Assembly: GCA_945931475.1 (NCBI GenBank)
Contig: CAMEPD010000004.1
Span: forward strand, 1-55,572
Source of the DNA: an uncultured Muribaculaceae bacterium
GTDB lineage: Bacteria > Bacteroidota > Bacteroidia > Bacteroidales > Muribaculaceae
Direction: 5' to 3'
DNA length: 55,572 nucleotides
A program made the position numbers and the translations under genes. The notes beneath the pieces were generated by a model. The model saw nothing but the letters and a program-made list of their open reading frames with translations, was not told the DNA's origin and ran no database searches. Below are positions 20,303 through 28,943 of the stretch, in pieces (positions within the stretch are counted from its first letter, which is position 1; each line of letters opens with the position of its first letter).

Positions 20303-20453
20303 ACCTTCCCCCTCTCCACAAAAAAAATTGCCAAAGTGATAGAAAATCACTTACTTTGTGGTCTTTACAAGAAATACTAATAACAAAAAATGAAGGATAT
20401 GAAAATTGCGATGAAAGTGCTTGGCGGCGCGATGATGGCGGGCCGTTGTAGGA

Positions 20454-20981
20454 ATGGCCGCGCAAGCTGCCGCGACCCGCGACGACGACAGTGAGCTGAT
20501 TACGTCGTCGGGCGCGTCCGAGGATATTGGAGAAGAGGTATCGGCTGCGCAGAGCTATACGGAGATTATGATTGTCGACGACGAGGCATTCAGGGAGGGC
20601 GACAGCTATATGACCCAGATTGAGCGCGACGGAAAATGGGGCTATGCCGATAGCCTCGGTCGCGAAGTGATTCCGCCGATTTACGATAATTTAGGCCACT
20701 TTTTCGACGAGTTGGCAACGGCCGAAAAGGATGGAAAATGTGGATTTATCGACAAGACCGGCCGTCAGGTGATACCGCTGAAATATGAGCAGACCGAAGC
20801 CTTTTCGGAGGGCCTGGGTATGGTGAAGCGTGACGGCAAATGGGGTTATGTCGACACCACGGGCCGCGAAGTGATAGCCCCGAAGTATGATTATGTGGAC
20901 TTCTTTGAGGACGGCCGTGCGGAGGTAGAGCTCGACGGCCAGGCGTTCTATATCGACAAGTCCGGCAACCGCGTGGAGTGA
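20454..20981 (+). CDS. WG (KWG) repeat-containing protein, small; N-terminus probably disrupted by a frameshift (signal peptide encoded from 20390 in another frame)
   Basis: Three copies of the KWGY(A/V)D...GREVI.P.YD WG repeat; the ORF as called lacks a signal peptide. Confidence 0.6.
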   Translation: MAAQAAATRDDDSELITSSGASEDIGEEVSAAQSYTEIMIVDDEAFREGDSYMTQIERDGKWGYADSLGREVIPPIYDNLGHFFDELATAEKDGKCGFIDKTGRQVIPLKYEQTEAFSEGLGMVKRDGKWGYVDTTGREVIAPKYDYVDFFEDGRAEVELDGQAFYIDKSGNRVE

Positions 20982-21010
20982 CCTCGTCCCGGCCGTCAGT
21001 TCTCAACCTA

Positions 21011-21055
21011 CATAAGACACATAAGACACATAAGATACATAAGCCACATCAGCTG
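21011..21055. repeat. tandem 9-bp repeats CATAAGACA/CATAAGATA/CATAAGCCA between convergent WG-repeat genes
   Basis: cataagaca cataagaca cataagata cataagcca catcagctg read directly; it shares the CATAAGATA core with the 20241-20302 repeats. Confidence 0.6.
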
Positions 21056-21088
21056 CATCCCCTACGGCGTGCGGAGCCGCGATGCACT

Positions 21089-23011
21089 CTATATGCCTGT
21101 GTTGATGCGGTTCCCGTCGCGGTCAATGAAATACAGGAAACCGTCTTTTTCGACCAAGCTTCGTCCCTTTAGGAAGGGTTGCACCCGACGGTAAACTATC
21201 GGGATTACAACATTGCCGGTAGTGTCGACAAAGCCCCATTTGTCATCAAGTCTTACCGAAGCGCGGCCCTCCGAAAAATCGCCGGCGAAATCATATTGCG
21301 GCGTAACAACCTGCTTGCCGGTGGGATCGACAAAGCCCCATTTGTCGTCAACTTTCACTGCGGCCAGACCATCGAAGAAATGGCGCGCGTCATGGTAAAT
21401 CGGTGCGATGACTTCGCGGTCCCAATCGTTGACATATCCGAAGCGTAAGTTGGGCCTGAGCGAGGGCCGCAGGTGAATGTTGGAGTTGACCGAGTCGGGG
21501 TAGATACGCTGCCCTTTCGGGTTGATGAAGAAATGTTCGCCGTTGAGCTTCACGCTGGCAGTGCCGTGCCAGAAGTTGCGGGCGTCGTCGTAGATTATGG
21601 GCGTGATTTCCCGGCCGTTAAAGTCGACATATCCGTATTTGCCGTTAATCTCTACCAAGAAAATGTTACCGGAGAAAATATCATACGTCGGTTGGTAGAC
21701 ACTATCGTATTTCGGCGCTACGATTTCGTTACCCGAATCATCAAGGAAGCCACATTTGCCATCTTTCTTCATCGGTAAAATAGTCGAATCATGAACAAAA
21801 TCCCGGAACGGTCCCGTTATTTTATCGTAAATAATTGGGGTGATTTCGCGCCCCTGATGATTGACCAGCCCTGATTTGCCGGCGAGTTCGACCACGCCGA
21901 TAGAGTCGGAAAACTCGTATGCATAGTCGTATTTGAGGGGCGTAATCTCTCGACCGGCGGTATCGATATAGCCGTAGTGGGAGCCGATTTTTACCGCGGC
22001 GCGCCCGTCGCAGAATTTTCCGGCATCCTCATATTTTACAGGGATAACCTCGTGGCCGCTCGTATCGATGTAACCGCATTTGTCGCCAATGTACACCCGC
22101 GTCATATCCTCATCAAAATCGCTGACGCCTTCGTATACGGGCGCTGTGATTTCGTGGTATAGAGAGTCGAGGAAGCAGTAGAGTTCACCCTCCTTAGCCC
22201 GTTTTATGGAGCCGCAGTCGATTATTTCATCGTATTTGAAGGGGATGATTTCGTTGCCGTCGGCGTCGAGAATGGCTGCCTTGCCATTGAGCATCACCAT
22301 CATATCCCCGTTGTCGTAAAACTCAACCCATTCGTATTTCGGGGGCATTAACTCGCGCCCGTCGAGGTCGATGAAGCCGATTTTACCGTCGAGCCTCACT
22401 TCAGCCACGCCGTTGAAAAAATATGATACGCGGTCATATTTCATGGGGATAACCTCACGTCCCGATTCGTCGATGTAACCCCATTTGCCATTGCGAGCCA
22501 CAGCGCTGCGACCCTCGCTATAATCGAAAAGTTCGTCATATACAAGGGGGACGATTACGCGTCCCGTCGTGTCGATGTAACCCCATTTGCCATTGAGTTT
22601 CACATACGTTCTCCCATGGTGGAACCCTCCGGTATACTCATATTTCGCCGGGATTACCATGCGGCCCGAACGGTCGATAAAGCCATACCGGCCATTCTTG
22701 ATTACCGGGGCGTAACCTTCGCTGAAAGCATCGGCATAAGAGTACTCCGGGGGAATAACCAGGTTGCCGGCGGTGTCGATATAGCCCCATAAACCGTTGA
22801 GTTTCATCGGGAAGAGGCCATCCGAGAAGAAGCTAATCTTGTCGTATACGGGGGGCGTGATTTCGTAGCCCGTGATGTTGTAAATTCCATACTTGCCGTC
22901 CATTTCATAGACTTCAATCGAATCATTGCCAACGGAGTCGGCGGCGGCAGAAGATGTACCCGTAAGAACGGCCAGGGCCATAGCCACGGCTATACAGATG
23001 TGAGATTTCAT
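21089..23011 (-). CDS. WG (KWG) repeat-containing secreted protein, large
   Basis: Signal peptide MKSHICIAVAMALAVLTGTSSAAADS; >15 WG repeats (KWGYID, KYGYID, KCGFLD followed by GxxVIPxxYD). Confidence 0.8.
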   Translation of the reverse strand: MKSHICIAVAMALAVLTGTSSAAADSVGNDSIEVYEMDGKYGIYNITGYEITPPVYDKISFFSDGLFPMKLNGLWGYIDTAGNLVIPPEYSYADAFSEGYAPVIKNGRYGFIDRSGRMVIPAKYEYTGGFHHGRTYVKLNGKWGYIDTTGRVIVPLVYDELFDYSEGRSAVARNGKWGYIDESGREVIPMKYDRVSYFFNGVAEVRLDGKIGFIDLDGRELMPPKYEWVEFYDNGDMMVMLNGKAAILDADGNEIIPFKYDEIIDCGSIKRAKEGELYCFLDSLYHEITAPVYEGVSDFDEDMTRVYIGDKCGYIDTSGHEVIPVKYEDAGKFCDGRAAVKIGSHYGYIDTAGREITPLKYDYAYEFSDSIGVVELAGKSGLVNHQGREITPIIYDKITGPFRDFVHDSTILPMKKDGKCGFLDDSGNEIVAPKYDSVYQPTYDIFSGNIFLVEINGKYGYVDFNGREITPIIYDDARNFWHGTASVKLNGEHFFINPKGQRIYPDSVNSNIHLRPSLRPNLRFGYVNDWDREVIAPIYHDARHFFDGLAAVKVDDKWGFVDPTGKQVVTPQYDFAGDFSEGRASVRLDDKWGFVDTTGNVVIPIVYRRVQPFLKGRSLVEKDGFLYFIDRDGNRINTGI

Positions 23012-23112
23012 GGTCGATAACTTTGAATTACAGAGTTATAGACTACAAAATAAGCCAAAATATATCACTTGACCAAAAATATCCGGTGTATTTCGGTGTA
23101 TGTGCCGGGAAA

Positions 23113-24591
23113 TCACTCCGGGGAGGTCTCGGCGTCGGGGTTGGTTTCGTAGGCGCCGAGCGAGGGGGTGGCGGGGCGCGGTGTGCCCAGCAGGTCGTAA
23201 TAGCGGGCGGCCTCGAGGGTGAGGGCCGGGTCGGCGGCGCCCAAGGCCGGTGAGTCGGGCTTCAGACGGTAGTCGAAGTAATAATCCTCGCGCACGGTGT
23301 AGAAGAGAGGGTCGGTGTCCCACAGGCAGTTGATGAACTGCTGGTCGTCCTCGCCCTTCGATTTGAGCAGGCAGCGCGCGAACATCACATCCACGCCCTT
23401 GAGGTCGTTGTCGGCAATCATGTTCTCCCCCTCCTTGTCCTTGTAGCGGTAGTGTAGCACCTCGGTGCCGTTGCCGTAGAATATGGTGTTGGAGAAGTCG
23501 GCGATGAGTGGCGGGTTCACCTTGTCGGGGTCGTTGGCCGCCGCGGCGCCGGTATGGTCGAGGATTACTGCGGGGCCGGCTGCTGTGAACAGGTAGAAAT
23601 TGGCTAACGTACAGTGGTTTACCTCCGTTTTGCCGCCGTAAAGGTAGAGCAGGCCGGCCGAAGCGTCGGCGAGTTCGCAGTTTACGGCCTTCAGATATGA
23701 GTTACCGGCCTGAAGCACAAACCCTTTGGAGTTGCGCACCACCGAATTGTCGATGGAGAGCGACGGGCGCTGCGCCGTCCAGGGCACATTGTCGACCACC
23801 ACACCGTATTCGGGGTTGCGGATTGAGGCGTGCGAGATGTTGTTCCCTTTCGATGTGGGTTTGAAGGTGATGCCACCCCACTGGCCCGACATGATTTCGT
23901 AGGGGATGTCGGCTGCCACGAACCCCGAACGGTCGCCGGTGATGTTTACCGGTTTTGCGGCCGTGCCGGCGATGTTCAGCGTGCCGTAGACGATGATTTC
24001 GGCTTTGCTGTGCATGAACAGTTCGGCACCGGCGGGGATGGTGAGGGTCACGCCCGGGTCAACCACCAGTGAGTCAAAGATTTGATACGGTTTTTCGGCC
24101 GAGAAGGTCTGGCTGTGATTGATGCGATAGGCCTTCAGGCGTGTTACGTCGCGGCCCGACGCGCGCACCGGCACCGACTGGGTCACGCCGTTGGTGGTCA
24201 CGTCGATGTACGACATATAGTTGATGGCCGTGTGCTTGCCGTTCTCGGGGAGGGTGGCCTCCACAAATATATATATGGAGTCGTTGGCGCGGATTTCAAC
24301 GTTCGAGAAGTCCGTGCCGCTCATGCCGTCGACGTTGAGGCGGAAAATCCCCTTGGCGTCGTCGCGGAAGCGTACCGACGAGAGGCTGATACCCTTGTCG
24401 TTACGGTTGTAAACCACGAATTTGGCCGTCGGCGAGGGGCCGAGCGTGAACAGGTCGCCCAAGTTGAGGGTGTCGACCGAGAATTGCGGCTGTGCCGATG
24501 GGGAGGTGGTGATGCCATCCTCTATGCACGAGGTGAGCGCGCTCCCGAGCAGAGCCACAATGAAAATATATATGAATTTCAGTGTTTTCAT
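23113..24591 (-). CDS. lipoprotein with parallel beta-helix-like repeats, function unknown (ORF extends to 24723 but MKTLKF at 24591 is the likely start)
   Basis: Lipoprotein signal MKTLKFIYIFIVALLGSALTSC; PbH1-like repeats (NSVVRNSKGFVLQAGNS, NHCTLANF). Confidence 0.65.
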   Translation of the reverse strand: MKTLKFIYIFIVALLGSALTSCIEDGITTSPSAQPQFSVDTLNLGDLFTLGPSPTAKFVVYNRNDKGISLSSVRFRDDAKGIFRLNVDGMSGTDFSNVEIRANDSIYIFVEATLPENGKHTAINYMSYIDVTTNGVTQSVPVRASGRDVTRLKAYRINHSQTFSAEKPYQIFDSLVVDPGVTLTIPAGAELFMHSKAEIIVYGTLNIAGTAAKPVNITGDRSGFVAADIPYEIMSGQWGGITFKPTSKGNNISHASIRNPEYGVVVDNVPWTAQRPSLSIDNSVVRNSKGFVLQAGNSYLKAVNCELADASAGLLYLYGGKTEVNHCTLANFYLFTAAGPAVILDHTGAAAANDPDKVNPPLIADFSNTIFYGNGTEVLHYRYKDKEGENMIADNDLKGVDVMFARCLLKSKGEDDQQFINCLWDTDPLFYTVREDYYFDYRLKPDSPALGAADPALTLEAARYYDLLGTPRPATPSLGAYETNPDAETSPE

Positions 24592-24661
24592 CAAGTTTAC
24601 AGCAGGTTGGGAAATGCCCCTGCCTAAGAATAACGCTCTCAGAGGCTTTTTATTGTAAACG

Positions 24662-24695
24662 CGAAAAAGGCATCGACCTTTCGGAAGATGCCTTT
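24662..24695 (-). terminator. hairpin terminator downstream of the tRNA-Asn pair (AAAGGCATC-12 nt loop-GATGCCTTT)
   Basis: Perfect 9-bp inverted repeat immediately 3' of the tRNA on the minus strand with a T-rich tail in minus orientation. Confidence 0.45.
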
Positions 24696-24699
24696 CACG

Positions 24700-24773
24700 C
24701 GCTTCAGGATGGGCTTGAACCAACGACCCCCTGATTAACAGTCAGGTGCTCTAACCAACTGAGCTACTGAAGC
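24700..24773 (-). tRNA. tRNA-Asn (anticodon GTT)
   Basis: Reverse complement folds as GCTTCAG acceptor stem / AGCTCAGTTGGTTAGAGC D-arm / anticodon loop CTGTTAA / GGTTCAAGCCC T-arm; 74 nt, CCA not encoded. Confidence 0.9.
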
Positions 24774-24792
24774 AAAAGTGTTTTTGAAGTCG

Positions 24793-24866
24793 CGCTTCAG
24801 GATGGGCTTGAACCAACGACCCCCTGATTAACAGTCAGGTGCTCTAACCAACTGAGCTACTGAAGC
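24793..24866 (-). tRNA. tRNA-Asn (anticodon GTT), identical second copy
   Basis: Identical 74-nt sequence, 19 bp from the first copy. Confidence 0.9.
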
Positions 24867-25033
24867 ATATAGCGAATTATATTCGCCCGAACAACGGTGA
24901 AACCCTCGGGAAACCTTAGCATCGCCGCTCCCGGCGACAGCCCTTTTGGGTTTTGCGATGCAAAATTACACCTTTCTTTTTACATACACAACTTTTCGCC
25001 GATTTTTTTTCAAATTACCTCTGAATTATCCGC

Positions 25034-28000
25034 TCACTCCGGTTTATCAGGTTTACCGGTGGATTTGGGGGCGAAGAGGGGGACGGGGCGCACGATGCCT
25101 CTCTCGGGGTAAAATAAGAAGCCGCGGACGTTCTTATGGCCCGACTTGCGCAGTATCCACATATAATTACGTACCTGCGCGTAATAGCGGGGATCCTCGG
25201 CTCCGAATTTATAGTCGATGACATGAACCGTGCCGTCGGGCATCCACACAATACGGTCGGGACGTCGGTTCCCCTTTTCGGTGACCGCCGGACGCTCGTT
25301 GGCGAGGTTGACGTAATCCTCGAACCAGGGGCGCACCTCCGGGGCGCTGCAGGCGTGGGTGAGCATCCTCAGGAGCTCGTCGGCATCCTCGTCGTCGATA
25401 CATTCGCGATAGGCGGCGCGTCGCATTGCCAACGGCAGGTCGGCCAGGTGGCTCACGGCGCTGAGTACGCGGTGCAGGAAGATTCCGCGGCTACGCTCGT
25501 TGTCGAGGTCGACTATGTATTGCCGGTCGGCGTCGTCGGCAACGGCGATTTCGGGCCGGTCGAACGAACTGAACCGCTCCATGCAGTCGAGCGGCAGCGG
25601 TGCCTTTAATGCAAACGGGTTTTCGGAGGAGTTGTCCGGGGTGTCATTATCAACGGGTGTCACAGGCTGACCGAGCTCGAATACCGTGGTGATTTCGCCG
25701 CCCCCGGCGCCCTCCTCACTGACGGCGGCCTCCGCGGGAGTGGCCTCCGCCGGGAGGTCGGTGATGTGCGACGCCAGGTCGATCATCCAGCGCGTGAGGC
25801 CCTCGGTGTCAGATTGTTTCAGGTTGTCAAGCCATTGGCGGTCAGCGCCGTTGAGCGACTTGCGGAGCATCTGGCCGAGCGTTTCGGAGTGCGCGGCAGG
25901 CCGTCCGCTGAGTGTGAGTCGCTCGCGGCAGTCGGCATAGACTACCAGTTCGAGCTTCGCACGGGTGAAGGCCACGTAGGCCACATTCAGAGCGTCGAGC
26001 CGCTGTTCCTCGCAAAATTCCGAGAACCAGCCCTTAAGCTGCGGCAGCTTCTCCAGGCCATACGACAGCTCGACCGGCATCATCGGCGGTATCAGTTCAG
26101 CGGGGATGCCCGGCAGCATCGAATGGTTCAGCGGAAACCATTCCATACCCGTGGCTCTCACCAATGTCTTCGAGAAGAAAGGTACATGCACACAGTCGAA
26201 CTCGAGGCCCTTGGCCTGATGCACTGTCGTTACTGTAATCGCGTCGAGACCCTCGGGCGATTCCAGGGTGACGTTGCAGCCCGATTCGTCCCACCATTTC
26301 AGGAACGAACCGAGGTCGGAGCGTCCACCCTCGACAAAATCGACCACCAGGTCGAGGAATGCGGTGATGAAAGCGTTGTCGCGTTCGGCCGTACGCGGGG
26401 TCACCACCATTTTGGCTGCAGTTTCGACCAGCTCGTACAGCCCCGGACATGGCCGGTCGGCCAATTCGCGCAGGTTGCGGATTATCACATCCTCCGAGCC
26501 GGCTTCATCGGCAAGCGCCTCCTGTTCGATGGCGCGACGCAGGGCCTCGGTCGGCGTAGGATATTCGCCGGATGCCTCGTCGGGGGTGTCGAGGTACATC
26601 TGATAGCGGTGTACGAGCCGGCGGCGCTTGAAATCAGGGTTGTCGACCATCTTGGCCCGGCCGTCGGAACCGGGCGCGGGTGAATCGGGATCGATGATTT
26701 TGCCCGGTATCGAGAGCAGTTCGAGTATGTTCACTATGTGCCGCACAGTGGGGTTGGAGCCTACGGTCAGGGCGTCGCTCGACATGATGGCGACGTTGCC
26801 GAAGGGCCAGCTCTCCTCCTTGATGCGCCGGAGCAGGTGGTTGATTACGGCGCGTCCGTCGTCGTGGGTGCGCACCAGTACCAGAATCTGCCCGGGCCGG
26901 AAGCCGGCGCCGAGTTCGCGTTCGATTTCGTCGGTGAGCTGCCTGAGTGTAAGCAAGGCTTCGGGGGTAACCCCTTCGGTGGCAGCCTCCTGCGCGTCGG
27001 CCGTCGATTTGTCGCCGTCGCGCATGAGCACCTTCACGTAGCCCTGCATACCCTGCTGATTGCCGGGACCGACCTGCTGCACCAGGCCGCGGTAGGCGTT
27101 GCGCACGGAGTGGCTCCCCGTCACCGACATATCGTCGATGAGGTCAGCCATGTAGCGGAACACCGTATTGTTGAATATCACCACCTCGGGCGCCGAGCGG
27201 TAATTGACATTCTGCGAGAGCTTTACGCCGCGCTCCTCAATCCGGAACCCGTATGTGCCCGAGGTGAATTCATCCTGCACTTTCGAGCCGAGCAGCCCCG
27301 GGTCGGAGTTGCGGAAGCGGTAGATACACTGTTTCTCGTCGCCGATAATCAGGTTGGCGTAGCCGTGCGAGAGACCCTCGGCCATCAGCGGCGAGAAGTT
27401 GCGCCACTGCATACGTGAGGTATCCTGAAACTCGTCGATAAGGTAGTGGTCGATGCGGGTGCCGGTACGCTCATATATAAAAGGTGCGTCGGTCTGGTCG
27501 ATAAGCTCGTGGATAAGGCTGTTGGTGTCGCCCAGAAGAAACGAATCGTTCTCGCGGCAGTATCGGTCGAGCTCGCGCACGGTGGCGCCGAAGATGGTGA
27601 GCAGCGGAAGCACCTCCCTGACCTTCCGGCAGAAATTGAGCAGGTCGCTCCCCGAGAGAATGAACTCCGACAGCTCGTCGACAGCGTGTTGCAGCTCGGC
27701 CGGAACAGGCTTCTTGCCGGTCTGCCAGTCCTTGAGGTAGAAATTGCCGTCGGCGGCCCTGAGCTTCTGGGGGTCGGTGGTTTCGGGCACCTCCTTACCT
27801 TCGGCCATTTTTGCGGCAAGGTTGATGAACATCTTCTGCACGATTTTATCGGGGCCGGCGTTGAGCAGGGCGCGGCCGATGTCGGCGATACGCTTGCGCT
27901 CCTTCTCCTCGAGACCGGCCACTTTCTCAGCGAAAAAGCGCACCTTGTCGGGGTCGTTGAGGTATGCGTCCATCTCGGTGCGCCTCATCTTGTAGTCCTC

Positions 28001-28699
28001 GTTGAATAGTTTGTTGATGCTCTCAATCATCGTGCCGTTGGTGCGCGAGCTCTGCGAGAGCAGTTGGGCGGTCTTCCCCTCGTTGAACAGACGCAGCATA
28101 TATCGGTAGAATGCGTCGGCCAGGAATCGGCGCCGCTTCCCCTCGATAGAATCGGCCGGTTCGTCGGCCGGGCGGTTGAGGTCGTTCATCAGCTGCGACA
28201 GGGCCAGGCGCACGCTGTTTTTCTGCTTGATTTCTATGGTGTAGTTGTCGGGCAGGTCGAGGTCACGGGCGAACACGCGCAGGATATTTTGGAAAAACGA
28301 GTCGATAGTGCTGACATTGAAGCTCGAGAAATTGAAAAGCAGGTCCTGCAGGGCGCGGGCCGACGCTGCGGCCAGAGCCTCTTTCGAGCAGCCGAAATGC
28401 TCCATGAAGAAGTCGGCGTGCTTCGACCCCTTCATGCCCGGCAGGGGCGAGCATAGGTGAGCGAGCAGGAAGAGCTCGTCGATGATGCGGTCGGTCATCT
28501 CCTCGGTGGCCTTGTTTGTGAAGGTAACCGCCAGAATCTCCGACTGCGCCTTGGGCTTGCCGAAACCGTAATCGGCCGGAGTGCGCAGCGATTCGCGGCC
28601 GGTTTCGGGGTCGGTTCTGCCTATGAGCAGGCGTATATATTCGCGTGTAAGGGTAAAGGTTTTACCCGAGCCGGCCGAAGCCTTGTAGATTTTCAGCAT
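25034..28699 (-). CDS. UvrD/Rep-family helicase fused to PD-(D/E)XK nuclease (AddA-like ATP-dependent helicase-nuclease); ORF opens at 28792, likely start MLKIYKASAGSGKTF at 28699
   Basis: Walker A ASAGSGKTF at N-terminus, helicase motifs (HYLIDEFQDTS, VGDEKQCIYRFR), C-terminal nuclease motif DRIVWMPDG...HVIDYKFG. Confidence 0.85.
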   Translation of the reverse strand: MLKIYKASAGSGKTFTLTREYIRLLIGRTDPETGRESLRTPADYGFGKPKAQSEILAVTFTNKATEEMTDRIIDELFLLAHLCSPLPGMKGSKHADFFMEHFGCSKEALAAASARALQDLLFNFSSFNVSTIDSFFQNILRVFARDLDLPDNYTIEIKQKNSVRLALSQLMNDLNRPADEPADSIEGKRRRFLADAFYRYMLRLFNEGKTAQLLSQSSRTNGTMIESINKLFNEDYKMRRTEMDAYLNDPDKVRFFAEKVAGLEEKERKRIADIGRALLNAGPDKIVQKMFINLAAKMAEGKEVPETTDPQKLRAADGNFYLKDWQTGKKPVPAELQHAVDELSEFILSGSDLLNFCRKVREVLPLLTIFGATVRELDRYCRENDSFLLGDTNSLIHELIDQTDAPFIYERTGTRIDHYLIDEFQDTSRMQWRNFSPLMAEGLSHGYANLIIGDEKQCIYRFRNSDPGLLGSKVQDEFTSGTYGFRIEERGVKLSQNVNYRSAPEVVIFNNTVFRYMADLIDDMSVTGSHSVRNAYRGLVQQVGPGNQQGMQGYVKVLMRDGDKSTADAQEAATEGVTPEALLTLRQLTDEIERELGAGFRPGQILVLVRTHDDGRAVINHLLRRIKEESWPFGNVAIMSSDALTVGSNPTVRHIVNILELLSIPGKIIDPDSPAPGSDGRAKMVDNPDFKRRRLVHRYQMYLDTPDEASGEYPTPTEALRRAIEQEALADEAGSEDVIIRNLRELADRPCPGLYELVETAAKMVVTPRTAERDNAFITAFLDLVVDFVEGGRSDLGSFLKWWDESGCNVTLESPEGLDAITVTTVHQAKGLEFDCVHVPFFSKTLVRATGMEWFPLNHSMLPGIPAELIPPMMPVELSYGLEKLPQLKGWFSEFCEEQRLDALNVAYVAFTRAKLELVVYADCRERLTLSGRPAAHSETLGQMLRKSLNGADRQWLDNLKQSDTEGLTRWMIDLASHITDLPAEATPAEAAVSEEGAGGGEITTVFELGQPVTPVDNDTPDNSSENPFALKAPLPLDCMERFSSFDRPEIAVADDADRQYIVDLDNERSRGIFLHRVLSAVSHLADLPLAMRRAAYRECIDDEDADELLRMLTHACSAPEVRPWFEDYVNLANERPAVTEKGNRRPDRIVWMPDGTVHVIDYKFGAEDPRYYAQVRNYMWILRKSGHKNVRGFLFYPERGIVRPVPLFAPKSTGKPDKPE

Positions 28700-28943
28700 A
28701 ACAATACAAAGGTACGAAATTGGTGGCGAAAAAACTGCCGCCACAGGCCAATTTCCGTCCGCTGAAGTGCGAAAAATGGCAATAATGAACAAGATTTGGC
28801 CTTTAGGTCGGGAGCTCTTTTGTTAAACGAACCGAAAATGTAATTTTGCGTTATAAATTTATGAGAGAGAAACAGCGGATTGCATATATATCGGCCCGCT
28901 GAGAGAAAACCTTCATTCGAAGCTGCCACAATTCATTTTATTT

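Noticed and set aside
20079-20465. 128-aa minus-strand ORF across the nadB/WG intergenic region
   Set aside because: It translates the tandem CATAAGATA repeats (VTNISYVTNVSYV); the region is more plausibly regulatory.
20241-21055. Possible CRISPR array
   Set aside because: Repeat units are only 9-18 bp, directly tandem with no unique spacers, and no cas genes are present.
25766-28009. Several 100-300-aa plus-strand ORFs opposite the AddA-like gene
   Set aside because: Shadow ORFs within a gene that has clear helicase and nuclease motifs.
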